Assembly: GCA_021325135.1 (NCBI GenBank)
Contig: JAJPHT010000030.1
Span: 96,001 to 160,000 of the forward strand
From: Pseudomonadota bacterium
Lineage (GTDB): Archaea > Thermoplasmatota > SW-10-69-26 > JACQPN01 > JAJPHT01
Reading direction: 5' to 3'
Length of the DNA: 64,000 nucleotides
Below, one piece after another: positions 20,801 to 32,800 of the stretch. A program made the position numbers and the translations under genes. How positions within the stretch are numbered: the stretch's first letter is position 1; every line of letters begins with the position of its first letter. The notes under the pieces are model-generated. The model was not told where the DNA came from, did no database searches, and saw only the letters and a list, made by a program, of their open reading frames with translations.

Positions 20801-23800
20801 GCGCCGAGAGGTTCAGGTTCGTGTTGACGACTTGGCCGACCAGCCCGTTGTACTGCGATCCGACGGTGGCATTCAGCGTGGAGAGGTTCGCGCTCACCAG
20901 GTTGACTTGGGCCGACACGTTGGTCTCGACGTTGGCGACGTGCGCCTGCAGGAGGTTGACCTGCGACTGGAGGCTGGTGTTGAGGTTGGAGAGATTCACG
21001 AGAACCGTGTTGGTCTGGCTCGAAAGGTTCCCGTTGAGGTTCATGACTTGGGACTGGAGCAGGTTCAACTGCGTCGTCCCTGAGAGGTTCGCGTTCGAGA
21101 CGGCTTGGCTAAGGAGGTTGTACTGCAGCCCGATGCCCGCGCTCGCCCCCAAGTACAAGGCGAGGGCTTCCGAGTCGGTGATGGGGCGCCGGTAGACGTG
21201 CAGCTCGTCGAGGGTGCCATGGAAGCCGGCCTGGTGTCCGCCCACCGGGTCCGGGTTGGTGGCCTCGCCGCCGCTGCGCGCAAAGCTGGCCGTGATCACG
21301 CCGAGGGTGACGAGGCTCAACGTGCTCGTGCCGGCCGGGGCGCCGTCGATCCAGAAGCTGGCGCCGCGCGTTGCGTTGTTGTACGAGGCGGCGACGTGGT
21401 GCCACTCGTTCGGGGCCAAGCCGCGCGAGGCCCACGCGGTCTCGTTGCGCGTCCCATCGGCCATCGTGAAGGCGGGCGTGTAGTTTCCGGGCCCCAGGCC
21501 GAACCAGTACCCCGCGGGCGCGTTCTTGCCCTTCGCCATGGTTGTGAAGATCGTCTCGCCCAAGGAGCCGCTTCCTGTGGGCAAGACCCACGCGCTGAGC
21601 GTCTTGTTGGAGAGGCCCGTGAAGTCGGAGGCGGGCGCGTAGTCGAGCGTGTCGTTGACGCCGTTGAAGAGCAGGCCGGTTCCGTAGCGGCCCTGGACCC
21701 AGGTGGGCGCGCCCCAGCTCACGGTGCCGTGGCGCCCGTTCGCGGTCGTGTCGTAGGCGGTCGTGCCTGTTCCTTCGTCGTAGGCGTACTTGGCGACCGT
21801 GTCGGTGGGGGCGAGGGGGTCGTTGGCGTTGGCGAACTGGTTGATGACGCGGGCCAGGAGCGTGTTTTCCTGCTGCGAGAGGCTCGCGTTGCTGTTGAGG
21901 ACCTCTGTCAGGATCGCATTTGTCTGGTTGACCATGGTCGCATTCGCCGCGACGATTTGGAGGCTCACGGCGTTGGTCTGGTTCTGGAGCGAGGCGTTGG
22001 TGCTCGCAATCTGGGCCGAGAGCAGGTTCGATTGGTTCAGGACCGTCCCGTTGAGCGTCGAGAGTGTCGTGACGAGGACGTTGTATTGGGTCGAGACGTT
22101 CGTGTTCTCGCTCACGATCTGCGCGCTCACCACGTTCGTGACGTTGGTGAGATTCGCCTCCGTCGTCCGGATCTCCCCATAGAGGAGGTTCGATTGGTTC
22201 ACCAGCGTTGCGTTGCTCATGGCGATTTGCGCCGCGAGGGCGTTGGTCTGGTTGAGCAGGGTGAGGTTCTCGCTTGTGATCGCCGCGCTCAAGGCGTTGT
22301 ACTGCAAGGACAGGTTCGCATTTTGGCTGACGAGCTGGGCCTGGAGGGTGTTGGTTTGGTTCTGGAGGCTTGCGTTCGTCGTGCTGATCAAGGCCGAGAG
22401 CTGGCTCGATTGGTTCACGACCGTGGCGTTGGTCGTCGCCACGCTCGAGAGGACCACGTTGAACTGGCTCGTGATGTTGGCGCCTTGGCTGACGATCTGG
22501 CCCTCGACGTAGTTGGACTGGTTGGTGAGATTCGACTCCGAGACCCGCACCTGCCCCAGGACGAGGTTCGTCTGGTTGCCCACCGTCGCGTTCACGCTGC
22601 TCAGGCTCGACAAAATGAGGTTCGTCTGGTTCTGGATCGACGTGTTGCTCGTCTGGATTGCCGCGCTGATGGCGTTGAACTGCGCGGAGAGGTTGGTGTT
22701 CGTCGAACTGATGCTCGCCTCGATCTGGTTCGATTGGTTGGCCAGGCTGAGATTCACGTTGCTCACCTGGGCGCTCAACGCATTCGCCTGCGACGATACC
22801 GAAGCGTTCAGCGTCGTGATGTTCGAGAGCACGAGGTTGAACTGCGTCGAGACGTTCGCGTTCTCGCTGACAACCTGACCAGCCAGGAGATTGGACTGGC
22901 TGGAGAGGTTCGCCTCGGTGGTCCGGATTGTTCCGGTCACCAGATTCGTCTGGTTCGTGGCGTTGAGGTTCGCCGAGAGAATCTGGGCACTGAGAAGGCT
23001 CGTTTGGTTGAGCAGCGTGAGGTTTTCGCTTGTGATGCTCGCGGCAAGCACGTTGTACTGCGCGCTCAGGTTCACGTTCGTGCTGGCGATTTGAGCCGAC
23101 AAGCTGCTCGTTTGCGCTTGGAGGGACGAGTTGAGCGTCGTGATGTTGGCCTGCAACGTGCTCGACTGGTTCTGGATCGAGGCGTTCGCGCTCGCCACGC
23201 TGGCCAGAATGAGGTTGAACTGGCTCGACACGTTGGCGTTCTCGCTGACGATCGCGCCGCTCAGGAAGTTCGACTGGTTGGTCAGGTTCGCCTCGCTCGT
23301 GCGAATCTGGCCCAGAACGAAGTTGGTCTGGTTGCCCACCGTGCTGTTGCTGGCCGCGATCTGCGAGAGTATCGCATTCGTCTGGTTGACGAGGGTGGCG
23401 TTGCCGCTCAAGACGCTGGCCACGAGGCTGTTGTACTGCGCCGTGACGTTCGCGTTCTGCGTGACGATCTGGGCCTCAATCGTCGTGGTCTGGTTGCCCA
23501 ATGAGGCGTTGGTGCTCGCCACGCTGGCCTGGATGGCGAGGGTCTGGTTCGTGATGGCGGACTGCGCATTCTGCACGAGCGTGTTCGTCGCGGCGAACTG
23601 TTGGACGACGCTTGTGTTGAGATTGACGACCTGGGAGCTGACGAGGCTCGTCTGCGTCTGTACGCTCGAGTTGGTGTTGTTGACCGTGAACCATATGAGG
23701 TTCGCTTGGCTCGACAGGTTCGCCTCCTCGTTGTGCACCACGAGGCTGAGGCTGTTGAACTGGTTCGACACGTTGGCGTTCTGGTTCTGGATTTGCGCGA

Positions 23801-26800
23801 GGATCTGGTTGGCCTGCGTGACCACCGTCGCGTTGGCGTTGTTCACCGCCCCCAGGACCGTCGAGACTTGGCTCTGGAGGCTCGCGTTGGAGTTGTTGAC
23901 GAGGAAATCGACGTAGTTGAGCTGCGCGCCGAGGCTGGCGTTCTGGTTTGCGATGCTCACCTGGACGGCATTCAGTTGCCCAGCGAGGGAGGCGTTGGTG
24001 TTGTTCACCAGCGCGCCCACGATGTTCGTCTGGGCCGAGAGGTTGGCGTTGGTGTTTTGGACCTGGGCGGTGAGGCTGTTGTACTGGTTGAGGACCGAGG
24101 AATTCAGGTTCGAGACGTTCGCGCTGAAGGCCGAGATCTGCGTGGTGAGGTTCGTTTCGGTGTTGGTGACGTGGGCCTGGAGGAGGTTGGCCTGCGTCGA
24201 GAGGTTGGCGTTCAGGTTCGAGAGGTTGACCAGGACCGTGTTGGTTTGGGCGGTGAGGTTGGACTCCGAAGTCCGAATCTGGGACTGGACGAGGTTCACC
24301 TGCGTCTGGATGCTCGCATTGGACGTCGCGATGCTCTGGCTGAGGAGGTTGACCTGGTTGAGCAGGCCGGGGCTGACGCCGACTGCGTCAGCCTGCATCT
24401 CGGTCGGGTTGAGGCTGCGGTCCCAGACCTTGGCCTCGTCGATCATGCCGTGCCAGCCGAAGATGGGGGCGCAGCAGGCCAGATCCCCCACCGTGAGGCC
24501 GTGCTGGCCGAAGTACGTCTCGTTGGGCGGCGCCATGGGCCGGGGCGCGCTGGGAGCCAGGCTTTGGGCGTCTTGGGCGCCGTTGAGGTAGAGCCGGAGG
24601 CTGGACTGGTCGTAGACCAGGCCGACGTGGTACCACGCGCCGGGCTGGAGTGGGGTCGCGCCTGTGGCCGTGAGCGTCGTGGTGTTGTCGAGCCAGACTC
24701 GACCCTGTAGTTTTGGCGTGCCCCCGGCGACGTAGAGGCTGAACCCGCCCCAGGCCCCGCTTGAGCACGTGCAGTCCCGGTCGTTGCCCAGGACGTACCA
24801 CGCGGAGCTGCCCAGGCTCTGGGTCCAGTTGTCAAAGTCGGCCGCGTAGATCCAGGCGCTGGCGCTGAGGCTCCCGCTGTTCAGGGTGAGGTTGCTGGGC
24901 GATTGGGCGTACTGGCTGATCCCGTGCTGGCTGATCGCGCGCCAGGCGACGTCCTGGGGGCCTTCGGCGAAGTTGTAGGCGCGGATCTCGTCGAGCCGGC
25001 CGATCCAGCCCGCCTTGTTGCCCCCCTGCGTTTCGGGCAGGACGGCCTCCCCGCCCAAGAGCGCCCGCCCGCCCACGCCCGGCGCCAGGCCAAGGGTGCC
25101 CGTGGCAATGGGCGACCCGTTCACGTATAGGGTGGCGGTGTTGGTGGCCTGGGCGTAGACGGCCACGGCCTGCTCCCAGGTGTTGAGGGGGAGAGACGCG
25201 CTGGCGGTGACGTTGGACTCGGCGCCCGAGCCGTCGCTGGTCACGAAGCTGAGCCGGCCGGCGGCGTCGAGGCCGAACCAGTAGCCGGGGCTCGTGCCGT
25301 CAGGGTAGTTCTTCGTCGTGAGGATCGTGGCGCCGTTCCGGTCGAGCCCCTGGGGGTAGATCCACGCCTCCAGCGTCCGGTCGCCCGTGAGGCCCGAGGT
25401 GAAGGGCGCGGTGGGGAGGATGACCTCGTCGTTGGCGCCATCGAAGGTGGCGGCGTAGCCGTACTTGCCGTGGACGTGGCTCATGTTCGCTTGCGGGTTG
25501 TACGACCCGTCGCGTCCCAGTTGAGTGCTGTCGTTGGCCGCGCCACCGTAGTGCTCGTCCAGCCGGTACCACGCAACGAGGCCCGTCGTGTTCACGTTGG
25601 GCGCGAGGGGCTGGAGATCGAGCGAGCTGCCCACCCGGCCGCCCGCGACCTCGACGGCGCCCCCCTTGAGGATCAAGTCGTGACCCTTGCCGCTCTGGTC
25701 CTTGGCCAGCGTGTTGTTCGAGAGGTCGTCGAAGGGTGCGTAGAGCGCCGCGCTCCCGTCGATGCCGCGCTGGATGGCGAATTCGTTGAAGATCCGCGCC
25801 AGGATGAGGTTCGTCTGGTTCGCGATCGTCGCATTCGAGTTGACGATGCTCACCAGCAGCGAGTTCGTCTGGTTGAGCATCGTGCTGTTCTGGCTGCTGA
25901 TGTTCAGGAGGATCGTGTTGGCCTGCGAGGTGAGGTTCGTCTCCTCTTGTGAAATACGTCCCGAGAGGAGATTAGTCTGGTTGACCACCGTGCCGTTGAC
26001 GACGCTGAGGTTCGACAGGACGAGGTTGAACTGGGTGGAGACGTTCGCGTTCTCGCTGACGATCTGCCCGGCGACGAGGTTGGTCTGGTTCGTGATGTTG
26101 CCTTCCGTCGAGCGGATCGTCGCTGAGATGAGGTTCGATTGGTTCGTCGCGTTGAGGTTCACGCTGGCCAGTTGCGCCATGAGCAGGTTGGTTTGATTGA
26201 CCACCGTGGCGTTGCTGCTCGTCTGCGCCGCCACGAGGGTGTTGTACTGCGCGCTGAGGTTGAGGTTCTCAGCCACGATCTGCGCCTGGATCGCGTTGGT
26301 CTGGTTCACGCTCGTGCTGTTGGCGCTGGAGATCTGGGCGCTCACTTGGCTGGTTTGGCTTGTGAGATTTGTCTCGGTGTTGCGTACCTCGCCGTAGATG
26401 AGGTTGAACTGGCTCGTCGTGCTCGTGTTGGCGTTCACGATGAGCGCTGAGACGAGATTTGCCTGGCTGACCACCGTGCTGTTGGTGTTGTTGACGCTTG
26501 CCCAGAGGGCGAAGGTCTGGTTCGTGATGTTCGTCTCAGTGTTGTGCAGGCCGAAGCTGAGGGTGTTGAACTGCGTCGTCACGTTCCCGTTCGTCGTCGC
26601 GATGTCGCCCCTGATCAGGTTCGCCTGGGTGCCAATCGAGAGGTTGGTGTTGTTCACCGCGCCCCAGACTATGTTGACCTGGTTCTGGATCGAGGCGTTG
26701 GTGTTCACGAGCGTCGTGGCCACGCTGGTCACTTGCGCCTGGAGACTCGCGTTGACGTTGCTGAGGTTCGTGTTGACGACGTTGATCTGGCCGGTGAGCG

Positions 26801-29800
26801 AGGCGTTCTCGTTCTGCACTTGGGCGTTGAGCAGGTTCACCTGGGTGAGGATGGCCGGGCTCATGCCCAGGGCGTCGGCCTGGATCTCGGTTGGGCTCAG
26901 GCTGCGGTTCCAGGCCTTGACTTCGTCGAGCTTGCCATGCCAGGGGTACTGGCGGGCGTTGCTGCTCAAGTCGCCCACGGTTGCCTTCTGGTTGTAGGGG
27001 TAAGTCGCGTTGGGCTGGACCAAGGGCGTGTAGGTGCCGAAGGGCGTGGTGGCGGCCTCGAGGGTGCCGTTGAGCCAGAGGCGCAGGCTGTAGCCGTCGT
27101 ACGTGAGGCCTGCGTGGTACCAGACGCCGGGTACGAGGGTCGTCGTGCCCACGGCGGTGACTTGGCTCGTGTCGGTGGTGCCCGTCCAGGCCCAGCCTTG
27201 GAGGTGGGCAGGCGTGCCGGTGGCGTAGAGGCCGAAACCGCCGTAGCTCCCAGCTGCGGTGGCACAGCAGGAGCGGCCGTTGCTCAGGATGTACCAGTTG
27301 GTCGCGCCGCCCTGTTGGCGGTTGAAGTCGTCCGCCTCGACCCATGCGGCGGCGCTGAGCTGGCCACTCGCGAGGCTCAAGTTGCCCAGCGAGTACGCCA
27401 TGGTATTGGGGCTGGTCGTGGTCGTGTTGGGCAGGTAGAGGGCCGCGCCGGCGTGGCCTTCGGGGGTGAGACTCGCGTTGCCCGCCAGGTACACGGTGTT
27501 GTTCTTGCCCGCCAAGTCCGGGACGCTGGACGGGGTGAGGTTTCCATCGGGCGAGTCGAAGCTGGCGTACAGGTTCGTGCTGCCGTCCACGCCGTGCTCG
27601 GTGGCGAACTGGTTGGCGATGCGCGTGAGGATGAGGTTCGTCTGCGCGACGAGGCTCAGGTTCGTGTTGCTGATCTGGACGAGGACGCCGTTGAATTGCG
27701 ACTGCATCGAGGCGTTGAGGTTCGAGATGGTCAGGGCGATGGCGTTGGTCTGGTTGGAGACGTTGCCGCCCAGGCTCGTGATCTGGGCTTGGAGGTAGCT
27801 CGACTGGTTCGTCAGATTGAGCTCCTCGTTGTGCACGGTCACGTTGAGCAGATTGAATTGTGTCGAGAGGTTCGTATTCGAATTGACGATCTGGGCTTGG
27901 ACGGCGTTCACCTGGGTGGACACGTTGCTGCCCGTCGAATTGACGCTGAACCAGACCTGGCTCAGTTGCGTCGAGATGTTGGTCTCCTCGTTGTGGATCG
28001 AGACGTTGAGCAGGTTGAATTGGTTCGACACGTTGGCGTTCTGGTTGAGGATCGCCGTCTGGATCGCGTTCACTTGGGAGAGCACGCTGGCGTTCGTGTT
28101 GTTGACGCTCGCCCAGACGGCATTGACCTCGGACTGGAGCGTGGCGTTGGTGTTGTTCACCTGGAAGTTCACGTAGTTGAGCTGCGCGGACACGTTCGCG
28201 TTGGCCTGCACAATCTGGACCTGGACAGCGTTGATTTGTGAGCCCAGGCTCGCATTCGTGTTGTTCACGAGGCCACTGATGCTGACGTACTGGCTCGACA
28301 GGTTCGCATTCGTGTTCACGATCTGCGCTTGGAGCACGTTCGTTTGGCTGGTGATCGTTGCCTGGGCATTGCTGACGTTGGCCTCGATTTGGTTGAACTG
28401 ATTCAACAGGAGCGGGTTGAGGTCCTGGTAGAGGCCGTACACTTCCGCGTCGGTGAGGGTGCGGTTGTAGACCCAGACCTCGTCGAGCCCCCCAAACCAG
28501 GCGTTTGAAGCGCTCAGGGCCCCGCTCGTGCCCAGGGTGATGAGGCGGCCGCCGTTGGCGTCGAGCCCTCCGGGCGCGGGGACGCTGGCCACGAGGCTGC
28601 CGTTGATGTACACGCGCAGGGTCGCGTTGTCGTACGTCATGGCGGCGTGGATCCAGGCGCCGCTGGAGAGGTTCGCGCCCGTGCTGCCCGTGACGATGGC
28701 ACCGCCGATGGTCTGGGCCTTGTAGTTGAGCACGCGCGTCGTGCTGCTCGCGTAGAAGGTGGCGTTGTGCTGGCCGAAGAGGCCCCAAGGGTGAGCGAAG
28801 CTCCAGCCCGAGCTGGCTGGATCGAGGCGCAGCCAGCCCGCGATGCTGAAGCTCGTGGAGCTCAAGGTGGAGACGTTTTGGCTGGCCCACTCGTTGCCAT
28901 TGAAGCTCAGCGCGCCCCCCACGTGGCCCGCCGTCCAGTTGCCTAGGCTCGTGGCCACGAGGGATGCGTCGTTGTGGTACGGGCTGGCGTCGTGAACGAC
29001 CGTTCCATTGGCGTCGTCGAAAGGGTACATGGCGACGACGCTGCTGTCGATGGGCGGCGCGACGCCGTGGTTGAGCACCTCGCTGCGCAGGATGTTGAGC
29101 TGCGATTGCGTCGAGACGTTGAGGTTGGTCACCTGGGCGCTGAGCGCATTCACCTGCGTGCCCAGGCTGGCATTGGTCGTGTTGATGAGTGCCCCGATGG
29201 TGTTGAACTGGCTCGACACGTTCGCGTTCTGGGTCACGATGCTGGCCTGCACCAGGTTGGTCTGATTCGTGAGGTTCGACTGGGAACTCGCGATCATGCC
29301 CGAGAGGGCGTTGAACTGCGCCTGCGCCGAGACGTTGAGGTTTGAGATGCTCGCGCTCACCAGGCTGATTTGGTTGAGGATCGAGGCGTTCGTGTTGTTC
29401 ACGCTCGCCCCGACTTGATTCACCTGGGTGGCGATGCTCGCGTTGGTGTTGTTGACCAGGGTCGAGAGCGCGTTCACTTGGGTCGAGACGTTCGCGTTCT
29501 CGTTGACTATCTGGGCCTGGACGAAGTTGAACTGGGTTCCGACCGAGGCGTTGAGATTGGAGAGGTTCGTGCTCACGCCTGTGATTTGCGTCTGGATGCT
29601 CGTGTTCGTGTTGTTTAGCAAGAGGTTGGAATAGACGATTTGGCTCCCCAGGCTCGCGTTGGTGTTGTTCACGAGCTGCTGGGCGTAGGCGAGTTGGTTC
29701 GTCACGTTGGAATTGAGGTTCACGAGGCTCTGGGAGACGCTGGCGACCTGCGTGCTCACGTTCGTCTGAAAGTTGTTGATGTTCTGCTGGATCATGGCCG

Positions 29801-32800
29801 CCTGGGCCGAGACGTTCGTGTTGGTGTTGTTGATGCCCGCGTAGATGCCCAGGATCTGCTGGCCGACCCAGGAGTTGGAGGAATTAAAGAGCGCCGCGAT
29901 GGTCGTGGTCTGCTGCTGGATCGTGGAGTCCTGGTTGTTGATGTGGATGCCCACGTTGACTTGCTGGTTGTAGACCTGGCTGGCGACGTTGTTGATCAGG
30001 AATACGACCGAGAAGAGGTCGTAGCCGCGAATCCAGATGAACTGGTCCTGGTTGACCAATAGGCTCGCACTGGCGCTCGCGCCGGCAAGGACTTCCGTGA
30101 GAAGGCCGGCGCTGCTGGCCGTGCTGCCGGTGAGGAAGACGCGGACGTAGCGGACATCCTGGGGCGAGAAGGAGAGGACTTGCCGACCCTGGTAGTCCAC
30201 GTTGGCGCTCGTGCACACGCCCCCAGCGGACCCCGGCATCGTGGGGCCCACGCGGGTAGCGAGCCCGCCTCCTGCGCAGCCGTTCTGCGTGCTGTCCCAG
30301 AGCAGGCTCCATCCGTTGTGGACAGGGTCGGCGCTGGTCTCGACGCGATAGCCATAGAAGCTGCGTGCGTCGCCATCCCAAAGGTGGAGCGTCAGGTTGG
30401 TGAGCTTGGAGACACGGTTGAGATCCAGCGTCCCGAAGTAGGCCAACGTCTCGCCCTGCGCGGTGGCGTTCGCGGCGCTGCAGTAGGCCACCGTGGATTC
30501 AGCGCCATCCAGGCACGCCGCGCCGTTGCCGGTCACGCCGTTGCCGGGCACTCCCGTGTTGGCGGGCTGTCCCGTGCAGGAAAGCTGGAGGCAGAGGCTC
30601 CCGTCGCCGGCCGTGTCCTGTGCGGGGCTGGGCATCCAGTAGGGCTGCGTGCTGCCGGTGTAGTTGTACGCGTAGTCCACGAGTTGGGGTGGTTGGAGGT
30701 TGGCGTCGTAGATGTCCGTCTGGAGCGCGTATGTGTCCTGGGGGACTTCGAGGCTCGTGATCTCCCCGGGCAGGACCCACGTGGCGTACGTCTTCCCGTT
30801 GGCGCTCATCTGGAGGTAGGCCGGGTCGGTCTGCGTGTTCTTGATCTTCACCTGGTAGAGCGTGACGCCCACGTCGAGAAAGAGCTGGGGCTTCACGACG
30901 TTGAGCACGCCGTACGTGCTCGTGACTTGGCTAAAGGGGCAGGCCTCGCCGTTCGCGCCGGTGCAGGAGTAGCTGGCCAGGTCCGGGGGTGGCCAGACCA
31001 TGTGGCCGAAGTAGTCCTTCACCGCGATGTAATAGGTGTTGCCCACGTAGAGCGGCACGCGGCCGCCCACGACGCGGCTGCTTTCGGTGATGGTGGGCGT
31101 GGTGCTCACGTACACCTTGTAGAAGTCGGGGTTGAGGCCGAAGCCGGTGTTGTTGTCGAAGAAGTTGTAGTAGATCACTCCGTCCGCGTACACCTGCGGC
31201 ACGGGGCCTCCAGGGCTCGTTGTGCTGGTTGGGGCGTTGCCAATGGCGACGGGCCAGCTTTTCTTCGCCAAGACGCCGTTGACGGTGTCGGTGAAGCCGA
31301 TGGTGACGTAGTAGTTGCCCGGGGCAAGGTACGTCGTCGTCATGATGCTTAGGAAGTTGCCGTTCGTCGCGTTGTAGGAAGGGCCCACGCCGACGTTGTT
31401 GGGCAAGGGCGTGCCGTTGGCGTACGTGACCGTCATGTTGGTCATGTAGCCGCTGATGGGCCGATTGTTGACGTCGAGAATCAGGCCCTGGGCCATGATG
31501 TAGTCGCCTGACCGGACGAGGCCGGGGACCGTGATGTTGAACTGCGTCCCCCAGGTGAGGTTCACGCTGCCCATGCTTTGGAGCGTGGTCTGGTTGTAGG
31601 TCACGACGGGGCCGATGTAGAACGCGTTTTGGTCGGACTGAAGCGCCTGGGAAGAGGGCTGATAAGTAGGGCTGTTGTAGGCCGTGTAGACGCCGTTCTG
31701 GGTGGGCCATCCCGGGCAGGCGCCGCAGATGTTCGCCGACATGGGCGCCATGCTGACGCGGATGTCGGTGCTGCTCTCGGACTTGACGTAGGTGAAAACC
31801 TGGCCGGTGGTGACGAGGAGGTTGAAAGGGGAGGAGCAGAGCCATGTGGGCGATGTGGCGCTCGTGGGCACGGTGATGGTGCCAGTGGCGAGCTCCTTGC
31901 CCCCCACGCTGGCGCTCAATCCCCAGCCGATGGTGTAGGGTGCGTTCCCCGTGGCGATGACCCGAGCATTGAGGCACACGTTGGTGACCGTGTAGCTGGT
32001 GCTCAGGTACGGGTAGGCGTAGGTCCACAACATGCCCTTCAGGTCGCTGAACGAGCAGCACAGGTAGTTGGAGCCCGCGAACCACGCGCCGCCGGTCGCG
32101 TTCCACGTTTGGGTTCCCACCGTGAAGCTGTTGGGCCGGAGATACACGTTCAGGCCGGCCGAGTCGAATCCCATCTGCTTCTTCGCGAGGTTCGTGGGGG
32201 ATGAGGTGCCCGCGTCGGTGTAGGCGCCATCGGCATATACGCCGCCCGCAATGATCCCCTTCGCGTTGATGCTCGTGGGCAGTTTCAGCAGGGCGTCCGT
32301 GGTGACGTAGGGAAGAGTCGTTGTGCCGCTGAAGGCGTCGGATTCGCTGCTGAGACCCACGGTTCGCGTCTCGAAGTTGGGCACGCTGAACTCGGCGTGC
32401 CAGGTAAAGCTGGATCCCAGGACCGTGTCGTCCAGGGTGGGGAAACTTGTGGTCGTGTCGTTGAGGACGTAGCGCGACTTCATCGTCGTGAGCGGGTAGT
32501 AGGAACCCAGGCTCGTGTACTGTCCGGGGGGAAGGAACGTCCAGGCGCCGCCGGGGTTGAGTTGGACACCCACGCTGGTTCCGGCGGGCGGGGATTGGGT
32601 GGGCCAGACGCGCGCGTCGAGGAGCGAGACGAGGTTCTGGAAGTTGTGGATGTTGCTATTCGTTTGGGCGTACGCGGTGGTCGGATACGTGCCGTAGTAG
32701 ACGCGGAGGAAGGCGTCCTCCGTCGCGCTCTGGCCGGTCACGTTGATGGGCGTGACGTGCGTGCTCGTCGTGCGATGGTACGCCAGGCAGTTGTGGTAGG

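Noticed and set aside
18150-30000. Periodic DNA repeats considered as a CRISPR array or a DGR template/variable repeat
   Set aside because: The repeats are degenerate, in-frame and protein-coding (54/120 bp), with no unique spacers and no cas or reverse transcriptase gene.
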